From a virus (lineage: Duplodnaviria; Caudoviricetes): 37,510 nucleotides of DNA. The position numbers and the translations under genes were made by a program. Below the pieces are notes generated by a model. It was given only the letters and a program-made list of their open reading frames with translations, did no database searches and was not told where the DNA came from. The stretch covers positions 1 to 37,510 of the IMG/VR virus record IMGVR_UViG_3300030059_001343, one strand, 5' to 3'. Below, in pieces: positions 1 to 7,753 of the stretch; the first letter of the stretch is position 1; every line of letters starts with the position of its first letter.

Positions 1-98
1 TGGAACATTAAAGATTTGCACAAAGTTCGCAAAAAAGTATCTAGAAACAACTATTCAGCTAAAAAAATATTAGGCAATAAACTTTATGATTTCTATCA
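1..98. repeat. Terminal direct repeat, left copy (assembly circularity overlap)
   Basis: 1-98 is identical to 37412-37509. The next base differs (g99 vs a37510; CAG/CAA, both Gln). Confidence 0.95.
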
Positions 99-900
99 GG
101 GTGGAGAGTTTTGGAATGATAAACCAGAACCTAAAAAAATAGGTTTATCAACTATAAAACAAAAAGAACAGATAATGCTGCCTCCTAAATCTTTTAATTC
201 GTCAAGACCTTTTGGGCCAATATTTTCATCTATAGAATCACCTGATGAAATAACTGATGCACTAATTAAAATGACAGATAATTTAATAGAAGATAAAAAC
301 ACACAATCTATGGGAAATGGGTTAGCAGGGGTAATTGACAAAGAATTACAAATAAATAAAAAAGATATGTATGAAGCAGGATGCGATAATTTTTTTGAGA
401 GCTGCGTATTAAATTACATTCACGAATGTGCTAGATTAAAAAAATTTGATTTAACAAATTGTAAGATTACAAACAATATAAATGCGTGTTGGTTGGTTTC
501 TCAATATGAAAACGAATATAATCCTGTGCACAATCACGGAATATCCGACATTAGTGGAGTGTTATACCTAAAAGTTCCAGATTATAAAAATCGTAGAAAT
601 ATTGAAAGCAAATCACTTAGATATGACAATGATGGTGATATAAATTTTGTTTATAGTTCTGCTGCAAAAAATCCATTTGATTTTGCAGAAACAGGAATGT
701 TACAAATTTCTGCTAAAGCAGGTTTACTTTTATTGTTTCCGTCTAATTTGCTTCATACTGTTTATCCTTTTATCGGAGAAGGAGAAAGAAGATCAATTTC
801 TTTTAATGCTGTTTATAACGTTGTAGATCCTATTAACAATATAATTATCGGAAATCATATAAAACCAAAAAACAATTCTTATACAGACTCAAAAGAGTGA
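1..900 (+). CDS. C-terminal part of the junction-spanning sulfotransferase/2OG-Fe(II) oxygenase fusion (begins at 36809)
   Basis: Frame 1 is open from base 1 (WNIKDLHKVRKK...) and in frame with ATG 36809 through the repeat. Oxygenase motifs: WLVSQYENEYNPVHNH, ISGVLYLKVP, LLLFPSNLLHTVYPF, ERRSISFN. Confidence 0.85.
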   Translation, partial: WNIKDLHKVRKKVSRNNYSAKKILGNKLYDFYQGGEFWNDKPEPKKIGLSTIKQKEQIMLPPKSFNSSRPFGPIFSSIESPDEITDALIKMTDNLIEDKNTQSMGNGLAGVIDKELQINKKDMYEAGCDNFFESCVLNYIHECARLKKFDLTNCKITNNINACWLVSQYENEYNPVHNHGISDISGVLYLKVPDYKNRRNIESKSLRYDNDGDINFVYSSAAKNPFDFAETGMLQISAKAGLLLLFPSNLLHTVYPFIGEGERRSISFNAVYNVVDPINNIIIGNHIKPKNNSYTDSKE

Positions 901-916
901 AAAGGTGAGCGATTAG

Positions 917-1270
917 ATGAATGGTAGTATCGATATAAAAATGCTGCTCTCTCTGGCAGCCATATTAGTAAGTATAGTTTCTGCAAGCGTTTTAGTAAAA
1001 GCTAAACTTAGCGTAGTAATAGAACAACTGTCCGCATTGACTAAAGACTACGAAGCTAGATTGAGAATACTTGATCAACGTAGCGACCAACTAATGAATG
1101 CTGTGGAATTGAATGCACAAAAGACGACAGTCTTATCTGGTATACTATCACCCTCAGTTTTAGAAAAACAACATCGAATGTCTGAGCGCAATTTAATTTT
1201 AGCAGAAACAAACGAAGCCAGAATTATGAAACTTGAAGGATTGCATAATGGTAAACACAACCCTGTTTAA
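917..1270 (+). CDS. Membrane-anchored coiled-coil protein, candidate i-spanin/lysis accessory
   Basis: N-terminal hydrophobic helix (LLSLAAILVSIVSASVLV) followed by a helical domain. Overlaps a downstream lipoprotein gene and lies next to the endolysin. Confidence 0.5.
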   Translation: MNGSIDIKMLLSLAAILVSIVSASVLVKAKLSVVIEQLSALTKDYEARLRILDQRSDQLMNAVELNAQKTTVLSGILSPSVLEKQHRMSERNLILAETNEARIMKLEGLHNGKHNPV

Positions 1271-1409
1271 AATTATTATAGTCACTTCACTTATTGTTTT
1301 AGGGGGCTGCAAAAAACTTCCAAATTTTCCTAATGTCTTTTACTTCTATAGTCATGCAGACCTTTTAAAAGAAGCTAAAGAAATTAAAACATCGTTGAGC
1401 ATTGATTGA
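1248..1409 (+). CDS. Small lipoprotein (53 aa), candidate o-spanin; not in ORF track
   Basis: Hand translation MVNTTLFKIIIVTSLIVLGGCKKLPNFPNVF...SID*. Lipobox LGGC, SD gaagga at 1235-1240, TGA overlapping endolysin ATG 1409. Confidence 0.7.
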   Translation: MVNTTLFKIIIVTSLIVLGGCKKLPNFPNVFYFYSHADLLKEAKEIKTSLSID

Positions 1410-1804
1410 TGCTATATGAGCATTGGAAAGAAGTACCTCGGAATGATTCGTCGTGGCCTTGGCGCTTCTTTAAACCGTCAGAACTGGCCTGTCGAGGCTC
1501 AGGCAGTCTTCTTGTGGTCCCTAGCTTTATTGACGCTTGCGAGCGCTTACGTTCTTTGTTTGCTAGTCCTCTTACCTGTAATTCTAGTTATAGAAGCCGC
1601 CGACACAATGCGCTTATTGGTGGTTCAAGTAATTCTGTCCATAAGCTGGGTTTGGCGGCTGATTTTAGCACTCGCAATATTGATCGCGATTTGCTTTTAC
1701 GCTTGGCCCTTGAACAAGGGTGGACAGGCATTGGCAAGTACAACACTTTTTTACATTTAGATAGACGACCACAAAAAAGGATTAGCACATGGGGTTCTTG
1801 GTAA
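1409..1804 (+). CDS. Endolysin, peptidase M15 family (Zn peptidase)
   Basis: FKPSELAC, SSYRS..HN..IGG, NSVHKLGLAADF and FLHLD motifs; TGATG coupling at 1407-1411. Confidence 0.9.
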   Translation: MLYEHWKEVPRNDSSWPWRFFKPSELACRGSGSLLVVPSFIDACERLRSLFASPLTCNSSYRSRRHNALIGGSSNSVHKLGLAADFSTRNIDRDLLLRLALEQGWTGIGKYNTFLHLDRRPQKRISTWGSW

Positions 1805-2271
1805 GTTTGTTGGGCGGTCCAATCGTCGGAGTTTTAGGCTCCGCAATATCAGCGGGTATGTCATTTCTTGAACGCAAACAAAAAATTGAAGAAAAAAAGC
1901 TAGAGTTTGCTCAAGAGATTAAACTTCAAGAGATGAACATTCGTGCGCGATCTGAAGAGATGGAGAGCGAATTATTGATTGCTCAAACAGAAGCTGTGAC
2001 ACAACAATTGTCTGCAAGCTACCAGCATGATGCGAGCTATGGTCAAGTAGGTCAGGGAGCGGCAACTGTGCTGAGATTCGTCAGACCAGCACTTACGTTT
2101 GGATTGCTGGCTCTCGTTGCAATCGTATATTTCACGATGCCCGAAGCACAAATTGTTGATGAGAACGGTGTCGCCAGTTCGCTGGGTGAGCTTGTCGTAT
2201 TAAAGATTTTGTTCTTAACTGAAGTTGCGTTAACTTGGTGGTTTATTGATCGCCGCAAAACCAACAAATAG
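1789..2271 (+). CDS. Holin-like protein (GTA 3TM holin-like)
   Basis: N-terminal Gly-rich hydrophobic segment, charged helix, VRPALTF-led TM segment and terminal WWFIDR; adjacent to endolysin. Confidence 0.7.
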   Translation: MGFLVSLLGGPIVGVLGSAISAGMSFLERKQKIEEKKLEFAQEIKLQEMNIRARSEEMESELLIAQTEAVTQQLSASYQHDASYGQVGQGAATVLRFVRPALTFGLLALVAIVYFTMPEAQIVDENGVASSLGELVVLKILFLTEVALTWWFIDRRKTNK

Positions 2272-2282
2272 TTAAATTTTCA

Positions 2283-2486
2283 TTAATGCCGGGTATCTTT
2301 ATCAACACATGGATAACCATTTTCCATATTTGATCTGACGCCGTAAACCCCGCGGGCAACGTTAACTGTCCAAACGTGAATTACATAACCTTTCTTTGCC
2401 CAATAGGCTTGTATTTCAGCAGCGGTTTCTTCAGCCATTGCCTTTGTAATGTGCTTGTTCTTTTGAATTTTTTTTGGTTTAAGCAA
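2283..2486 (-). CDS. Small hypothetical phage protein
   Basis: IQAYWAKKGY...VRSNMENGYP pattern recalled from alphaproteobacterial phage proteins; last gene of the leftward operon; start uncertain. Confidence 0.6.
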   Translation of the reverse strand: MLKPKKIQKNKHITKAMAEETAAEIQAYWAKKGYVIHVWTVNVARGVYGVRSNMENGYPCVDKDTRH

Positions 2487-2634
2487 TTGTTTTAGTCCAA
2501 TAAATTTTAAGTTTTTTAAATGCGTTTGAAATCCAATTAAAATTTAAATTAATAACTGACACGGAATCGACGACTTCAATTGTATGGTCTGAATATTTAT
2601 AAAACACTTTAACCACATGTCGTTTACTCCCCAT
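2479..2634 (-). CDS. Small hypothetical protein (51 aa); not in ORF track
   Basis: Hand translation MGSKRHVVKVFYKYSDH...KTIA*; SD agagga; overlaps both neighbours. Confidence 0.5.
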   Translation of the reverse strand: MGSKRHVVKVFYKYSDHTIEVVDSVSVINLNFNWISNAFKKLKIYWTKTIA

Positions 2635-2797
2635 AATTTGATCCTCTTTTTTCAATTAGTTTTGCAGATAAACCGACCAACGAAGAATCAAAAATATCAA
2701 TATTTTTTAGCACTAAACGTGCATTTCTCAATTCTCTTTTTACCATCCTATGAAAGTTTGTTTCAAAAGAACTTACTACTATTTTCCGATTTCCCAT
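2624..2797 (-). CDS. Small hypothetical protein (57 aa); not in ORF track
   Basis: Hand translation MGNRKIVVSSFETNFHR...NYGE*; SD aaagga; fills the gap in the leftward operon. Confidence 0.5.
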   Translation of the reverse strand: MGNRKIVVSSFETNFHRMVKRELRNARLVLKNIDIFDSSLVGLSAKLIEKRGSNYGE

Positions 2798-2819
2798 TAT
2801 ATTTTCCTTTTATAAAAAT

Positions 2820-3221
2820 CTAATTAATTAACCCTTTTAGCATATCAAGTGCTTTAGCAACCATTGGTGCGCGTTCAGCCGTGTTTTTAGGATCGGCTGG
2901 GTTTTCATCGTAAGCCTGCCGAAAGTTCTCTTGTACTTGCACAAACGAAGCTGCAGCGGCTTTGACTGCACGTAGGTCGTTAATCTCTTCTTTGCCGTCA
3001 GGGACAAGCGAAATGCTCCGGGCTTTGTTCTTTAGTCGCGTAACATAGCCCCGTTCTTCTAGAATTTTAACGAAGGCGGCAATGCCCCCCCGGCCTTGCT
3101 TACCTTTGCCGTACATATATTCTGACATATGCGTAAACGTTGGAGCCAAACCAGCTTCTTTAATGTTTGCTCGGATGAAATCGTACAACTTGCGTTGACG
3201 TTTGCTTAGTGGATACTTCAT
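2820..3221 (-). CDS. LexA-type winged-helix DNA-binding protein lacking the S24 peptidase domain
   Basis: LSKRQRKLYDFI...APTF..MS...LEERGYVTRLKNKARSI matches the LexA N-terminal domain; the C-terminus is short and helical. Confidence 0.8.
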   Translation of the reverse strand: MKYPLSKRQRKLYDFIRANIKEAGLAPTFTHMSEYMYGKGKQGRGGIAAFVKILEERGYVTRLKNKARSISLVPDGKEEINDLRAVKAAAASFVQVQENFRQAYDENPADPKNTAERAPMVAKALDMLKGLIN

Positions 3222-4117
3222 TCGCCGCTCTCCTTTGCTTTGGCCGACAATCGTTTAATAAGCTTAGTGTAAAAGCTTTTAATTTGTTTATGTTCATCCA
3301 AATGTTCAATTTCAATCCGGCTAATCGTGTCATCATTTGCCTTTTTATATTCAGCGCAATCATGTCGCCGGGCGGTAAAAGTTTTTGCACCGTTTGCATC
3401 AATTGAATTTAATGCCATTTGAAAGTTAGTTTTCCAGCCTGATACAGTTGGAAAACTTTGAACGCCTTGTTCGCTCACCAATTCCCAATTGCGTGTCTCT
3501 TCGTCTTCTGCTTCTGGGGGCTTAATCGCTTCAACCTCTGGCGCGAAGGTCGCGTCTAATGGATTTGCCGGGGTAACATCTTTTATGCTGTTGTCTGTCG
3601 GCATGTCAGCGGCTTCCTCATAAGTGATGACCCCTTTGAGGGCATCGGGAAATGCATCGCGTATAGCAAATCCTCTCGCCCTCATAGCTAACATTCTTTT
3701 GGGATATTGGGTCCACGGGCCCGGCTTCGACATCAAGTTCGCTTTTTTTGCGTCCGTGACAGAAAAAGTGCGGACGGTAGGCACTTCTTTGCCATTTACA
3801 ATCCGCACGATTGTGCAACTTGCTTCCTCGCCTTCAAGCTTTTCCTCATGCCCACCATAAGCCGGGTGACCAACTACCAGCGACATAGCGGCGTCACCGT
3901 ACAAGCTGGGCTTCCCGTTGATCACAGCAATACCGTTAAGGGCGGCCAGAGGCGGCAATCCAACTTCTGATCCCCATTGAACCGCAACCAAAATGTCGGC
4001 GGGTTTACCTTGGAAATTCTTTGGGACCATATTTGATGATGCAAGCATCTCAGAGAATTGGATTGCTTCCGTCATATTTGTTGGAGCCAATGCTCCCGAT
4101 TTAATTGGCAATGTCAT
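3218..4117 (-). CDS. recT: RecT-family single-strand annealing recombinase
   Basis: VPKNFQGKPADILVAVQWGSEVGL, IAVINGKPSLYGD, GPWTQYPKRML..RA..FAIRDAFPD; follows a YqaJ exonuclease. Confidence 0.9.
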   Translation of the reverse strand: MTLPIKSGALAPTNMTEAIQFSEMLASSNMVPKNFQGKPADILVAVQWGSEVGLPPLAALNGIAVINGKPSLYGDAAMSLVVGHPAYGGHEEKLEGEEASCTIVRIVNGKEVPTVRTFSVTDAKKANLMSKPGPWTQYPKRMLAMRARGFAIRDAFPDALKGVITYEEAADMPTDNSIKDVTPANPLDATFAPEVEAIKPPEAEDEETRNWELVSEQGVQSFPTVSGWKTNFQMALNSIDANGAKTFTARRHDCAEYKKANDDTISRIEIEHLDEHKQIKSFYTKLIKRLSAKAKESGE

Positions 4118-5061
4118 TTTGTTTCCTTTACTAAAATTGTTTTTTGTCTAACGCTGTAAGCATCTTTCGGAGCTACAACTTTTTCGGGCTGTGCTTTATA
4201 TGATTTCATCGGCCATTTGACTGTGAAGCCGCCAACGGTCGCTATGCCGTGGTTGCCCATGTCCTTTTGGACCTCCGCATTAATGACGTCCAAAGCAAGG
4301 TTCGCGTTTTTGATCTGAGCTTTAAGCCTTACATATTCTAACAATACTTTTGAGTAAGATTGATCTAGCTCAATTGGCGTTTCAGTCTCTTTGACTTGGC
4401 TGTAGACAAGGCAAGCATCATTACTATCACCAATTTCATACCAGTCTAATGGCGTTGAATGGACGCGCCTGTCGAAGTCTGTAACAGCCTCTGTGATCGC
4501 TTTAACTGTCTGCTCATGGACCTCAAACAAAAAGATACGAAGGCAGATGCCTTGATATAGAACGCCGATTGCCCCCCATTTATACCCGGCACACATCATC
4601 TGACCCTGTAGCTGGAGCGGTCCCCTTGCTAGGTCTGGCTGATCTTCTGGCCGCACGGATGTAACTTTACACTCCAACGCACCTTTCCCATCAAGCACGA
4701 TTGCCCCAGTGTCGTTCATTACAAAAATGCCTTTGCCTGCATCACTAGTAACAACTTGACCGCTGGCAAGGCCTATGGCGTCTAAGCTTGCTTCAAGTGG
4801 GATGTCAGGATGAGCCATAGCGTAGTCAATATTCGGGTCATGCGCGATCCCAAGCCTATCAGCCATCTGCTTTAAGACGACAGGCTCAAGAGTATTGCCC
4901 CACGCGGTCGCCTCATTTCCTTCCCAGTTATCTTCTTCGCCAAGGTTCGCCTTGCAGACCTTTTCCAAAATACTGTTGGGGCTGTCATATTTTGAGTGCC
5001 CCATGATTGCTGGCAGAATTGATGCGCTTGCCTTTTTGTTTGATGTAACTTTACCTACCAT
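4114..5061 (-). CDS. YqaJ/lambda-exonuclease-like recombination nuclease
   Basis: SASILPAIMG.SKY, WGNTLEP, ASLDA, LECK, QLQGQM motifs. Confidence 0.88.
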   Translation of the reverse strand: MVGKVTSNKKASASILPAIMGHSKYDSPNSILEKVCKANLGEEDNWEGNEATAWGNTLEPVVLKQMADRLGIAHDPNIDYAMAHPDIPLEASLDAIGLASGQVVTSDAGKGIFVMNDTGAIVLDGKGALECKVTSVRPEDQPDLARGPLQLQGQMMCAGYKWGAIGVLYQGICLRIFLFEVHEQTVKAITEAVTDFDRRVHSTPLDWYEIGDSNDACLVYSQVKETETPIELDQSYSKVLLEYVRLKAQIKNANLALDVINAEVQKDMGNHGIATVGGFTVKWPMKSYKAQPEKVVAPKDAYSVRQKTILVKETK

Positions 5062-5187
5062 TTAAAGCACCCCCATCAAAGCGGCAATCATAATAACGCC
5101 GACGTACAAGCTAACCGCAAAAGCGGCAACGGCTAAACTTTCTAAAACAAATATAGATAAATTAATTTTTTTAAATTCGCGTAACAT
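5062..5187 (-). CDS. Small membrane protein (41 aa)
   Basis: ATG 5187 with SD aaagg; hydrophobic LAVAAFAVSLYVGVIMIAALMGVL. Confidence 0.55.
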   Translation of the reverse strand: MLREFKKINLSIFVLESLAVAAFAVSLYVGVIMIAALMGVL

Positions 5188-5219
5188 TTTATAACCTTTC
5201 TCTATTTTTAAAAACAATT

Positions 5220-5933
5220 TTAGACATAAACTGTAGATTTTTCTACCCGACAAATTACAGCTTTCACTTGCTCTGGGCTCCACTTTTTTTTGTTAAGCGA
5301 AGTTACAACTTTGCGCTCTTGCAACTCTTGCCCAATCCCCCGGAGTGTAGTCACTCCAAGCTTGCGGATTCGTTCTATCACCGCGTAAACTTCTTCAGCC
5401 TTTTCATCAGCCTGTGCAGTGCGTACAGCCCTGCCAAGCCTCATAGCCGCGTCAGGGTTAGGGTTGCCAAGCTTGACGCCACGGCCCTTTACAACAGCCA
5501 GTGCGTCCTTTGTGCGTTTGCTTATTTGATCGCTCTCATATTCAGCCATCGCCGCGATAATATGTATCGTCAGCTTGTTTGCCATCGGCATATCAGCCGC
5601 GACAAAATCAATTTTGCTTTCCAGAAGTTTTGAAACGAAAGCGACGTTACGTGCCAAACGATCTATCTTTGCGACGAGTAACGTTGCGCCTGTCTCCTCG
5701 CATAGCTCCAAAGCTTTCATTAATTGGGGGCGTTTCTTTTTATTTGTCCCGGTTTCAACTTCTTCGAAGCTTTTAATGATTTTCCAGTCGCCGCCATTTA
5801 AATAGTCGTCAATGGCTTTGGTCTGAGCCTCAAGGCCAAGGCCCGATTGCCCCTGCCTATTTGTCGAGACGCGAATATAGGTGACGTATTTCCCCCTATG
5901 CTCGGCCCCGGCAGTGTATTTTTTATCCATCAC
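5220..5933 (-). CDS. Short serine recombinase (resolvase-type catalytic domain plus short C-terminal DNA-binding region)
   Basis: YIRVST..QG.SGLGLEAQ, RPQL..AL, LLVAKIDRLARN, AEYE...ISKRTKDAL...K.RG..LGNP. Confidence 0.92.
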   Translation of the reverse strand: MMDKKYTAGAEHRGKYVTYIRVSTNRQGQSGLGLEAQTKAIDDYLNGGDWKIIKSFEEVETGTNKKKRPQLMKALELCEETGATLLVAKIDRLARNVAFVSKLLESKIDFVAADMPMANKLTIHIIAAMAEYESDQISKRTKDALAVVKGRGVKLGNPNPDAAMRLGRAVRTAQADEKAEEVYAVIERIRKLGVTTLRGIGQELQERKVVTSLNKKKWSPEQVKAVICRVEKSTVYV

Positions 5934-5950
5934 TTATCTCCCAATTAATA

Positions 5951-5962
5951 GGGCCGTAGCCC
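5951..5962 (-). promoter_or_regulatory. GGGC-UACG-GCCC tetraloop hairpin just upstream of the recombinase SD
   Basis: Minus strand reads gggctacggccc-tattaatt-gggag...gtgatg; UNCG-class loop closed by C-G. Confidence 0.5.
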
Positions 5963-5971
5963 CGTTGGTTG

Positions 5972-6127
5972 TTATGCAGTAGTGACGGCTAAATGTTTAA
6001 TTAATGCATGATAAGCGTCATCAGCTTTAATCATGTTTTCAGAGTTGCGTTTAATTTGCTGGTGAGCCGCGCCATGTTCAAATTCTTTGTAAAGTTTATG
6101 GAACTCAATTTTCTGTGCATATGTCAT
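5972..6127 (-). CDS. Small hypothetical protein (51 aa), first gene of the leftward operon
   Basis: ATG 6127 (MTYAQKIEF...) with SD agagga. Confidence 0.6.
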   Translation of the reverse strand: MTYAQKIEFHKLYKEFEHGAAHQQIKRNSENMIKADDAYHALIKHLAVTTA

Positions 6128-6165
6128 TTTATTTCCTCTGTTCGTTAAAAATACCTTATTCACAG

Positions 6166-6195
6166 TATATACCTTTGATGCTATAAGTTTGTCAA
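6166..6195 (-). promoter_or_regulatory. Leftward sigma70-type promoter
   Basis: Minus strand TTGACA (6195-6190), 18-nt spacer, TATATA (6171-6166), in the gap between the divergent operons. Confidence 0.55.
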
Positions 6196-6221
6196 CTTCT
6201 TAAATAATTAGGGTTGACCGC

Positions 6222-6389
6222 GTGACGTATTTTGAAAGACCCCCCAGAAAACTGCCGTTTTTTATAAAGTTAAAGCCTTCACTCATGTCCGATTTGAGAG
6301 AAGTGGCAACCCTTGGCAGTGTGACGATGACATCGATCATTGAGAAGGCGTTAACCGAGTACCTTAAAAAAAATAAGGGGGGAAAGTGA
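6222..6389 (+). CDS. Ribbon-helix-helix (Arc/CopG-like) regulator, 55 aa; not in ORF track
   Basis: Hand translation MTYFERPPRKLPFFIKLKPSLMSDLREVATLGSVTMTSIIEKALTEYLKKNKGGK*: beta-strand then two helices; TGA overlaps the next start (GTGATG). Confidence 0.75.
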   Translation: MTYFERPPRKLPFFIKLKPSLMSDLREVATLGSVTMTSIIEKALTEYLKKNKGGK

Positions 6390-6400
6390 TGCGATTTAAC
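6386..6400 (+). repeat. 15-bp direct repeat GTGATGCGATTTAAC, copy 1
   Basis: Identical to 7739-7753; both ORFs start MMRFN. Confidence 0.9.
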
Positions 6401-7732
6401 CCGTATAAGATTGATGGCCCTACAATGGTGAGCTTCTCTGGGGGCAGAACCAGCGCCTATATGTTACATAAAATTTTAGAAGCTTTTCATGGCAAACTTC
6501 CAAAAGACTATGTTGTTGTTTTTGCAAATACTGGCAAGGAAATGCCCGAAACGCTCGATTTTGTCCATGAATGTCAAGTTCAATGGGGTGTCCCAATAAC
6601 GTGGGTTGAGTGGGAGAAAACAGAAAAGTTTGTACAGGTAACGAATAGAACATCAAGGAGCGGATGCACCGGGGCTATTGGCAAAAATGCTATTGTGCCA
6701 AAACGTGTCGCGGAGATTGCTACGTCTACTGATGAAATCTTAGATTTTGGATCAGGCCCGAAATCAAACCATGTCGAAACTATGACGGGGCAAGGTTTCA
6801 ACGTAACTGGTTATGAGTTTGGCGCTAATTTTAATAATTTGAATCACACATTTAACGCACTGCACCGACAATATGACATTGTTTATGCGTCTAATGTCCT
6901 TAATACGATGGACAGTGATGAAGGGCTTTGCCTCGCTTTAGATCAAATTGCTGGATGCACTAAAAATTTAGCTGTTGTGAACTTGCCAAAAGAGCCAAGG
7001 AAAAACGCTTGGACAGGCAAGGTTGTGGATGTTGATAAGCTCACGACCTATTTGTCAGAGCGGTTTGATGAGGTCCAGATAGAAAATGGACGATCAGCCC
7101 CTATATTTCTATGTAAAAAATCCAAGGTTAAAGAAGCTCCCAATTATCACGTTGGATTTAACATCGTAAGCCATAACAGTGCGTCAAGAAATGGGGAGCC
7201 ATTTGCCCAGCTTATAGAAAAGAAGAACTATCTCCCTAACTCATTGGCTCGGTTTTGCACAACTGAATTAAAGATCAATCCTATGGTCGCGCTCATGCGG
7301 ACTATTCACGGCGTTGAAAAATGGGCCAACGTCATAGGTATTCGCGCTGATGAGCAAAGGCGATTTGAAAACATCAAAAGCAAAACTACCGTTTGGCAAA
7401 CAAAAATGCCTTTGGTTTACGACAACGTAACCTCAAGAGATGTTGCTAATTTTTGGTATAATCAGCCGTTTGACCTTCGATTGGGGGGCGTTAACGGACG
7501 AACACCTATGGGTAATTGCGACCTGTGCTTCCTAAAAGGTGCGGGAACCCTTCAAGGCATTATGCGCGACAAGCCGGGCATCGCAGATTGGTGGATTAAA
7601 CAAGAGGCCAAAATAGATGCAACTTTTGCAAAAGATCGGCCAAATTATTCAAGCTTATTAGATGTCGTTAAAAGGCAGGGTGATTTGTTTTCTGATGGCT
7701 CAGTAGAGGCCGACTGTATGTGTTTGGATTAA
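6386..7732 (+). CDS. PAPS-reductase/PP-loop family protein with nested class I SAM methyltransferase domain
   Basis: VSFSGGRTS, FANTGKE..ETLDF, SRNGEPF, RFCT.ELK, IGIRADE, GNCDLCFLK, terminal CMCLD; insert has ILDFGSG, VTGYE, YDIVYASNVLN. Confidence 0.85.
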   Translation: MMRFNPYKIDGPTMVSFSGGRTSAYMLHKILEAFHGKLPKDYVVVFANTGKEMPETLDFVHECQVQWGVPITWVEWEKTEKFVQVTNRTSRSGCTGAIGKNAIVPKRVAEIATSTDEILDFGSGPKSNHVETMTGQGFNVTGYEFGANFNNLNHTFNALHRQYDIVYASNVLNTMDSDEGLCLALDQIAGCTKNLAVVNLPKEPRKNAWTGKVVDVDKLTTYLSERFDEVQIENGRSAPIFLCKKSKVKEAPNYHVGFNIVSHNSASRNGEPFAQLIEKKNYLPNSLARFCTTELKINPMVALMRTIHGVEKWANVIGIRADEQRRFENIKSKTTVWQTKMPLVYDNVTSRDVANFWYNQPFDLRLGGVNGRTPMGNCDLCFLKGAGTLQGIMRDKPGIADWWIKQEAKIDATFAKDRPNYSSLLDVVKRQGDLFSDGSVEADCMCLD

Positions 7733-7738
7733 AGGTAC

Positions 7739-7753
7739 GTGATGCGATTTAAC
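7739..7753 (+). repeat. 15-bp direct repeat GTGATGCGATTTAAC, copy 2
   Basis: Identical to 6386-6400. Confidence 0.9.

Noticed and set aside
1-98. Terminal repeat as a biological T7-like DTR
   Set aside because: It falls mid-gene and its length is k-mer-like, so it is most simply an assembly overlap of a circular or permuted genome.
2617-2823. Plus-strand 68-aa ORF and other antisense or alternate-frame ORFs in the track
   Set aside because: They are shadows of better-supported genes with SD sites and operon coupling.
5220-5933. Gin/Cin-type tail fibre invertase system
   Set aside because: All tail genes are on one strand, far from the recombinase, and no flanking inverted repeats were seen.
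6620-7135. Insert in the PP-loop gene as an intein or intron
   Set aside because: No C/S...HN-C/S/T splice motifs or homing endonuclease signature; the frame is open and the motifs are those of a methyltransferase.
6386-7732. Bona fide cysH sulfate-assimilation AMG or a complete Dnd/Ssp system
   Set aside because: No CysH C-terminal ECG(L/I)H motif, and no other dnd, ssp or cys genes are recognisable.
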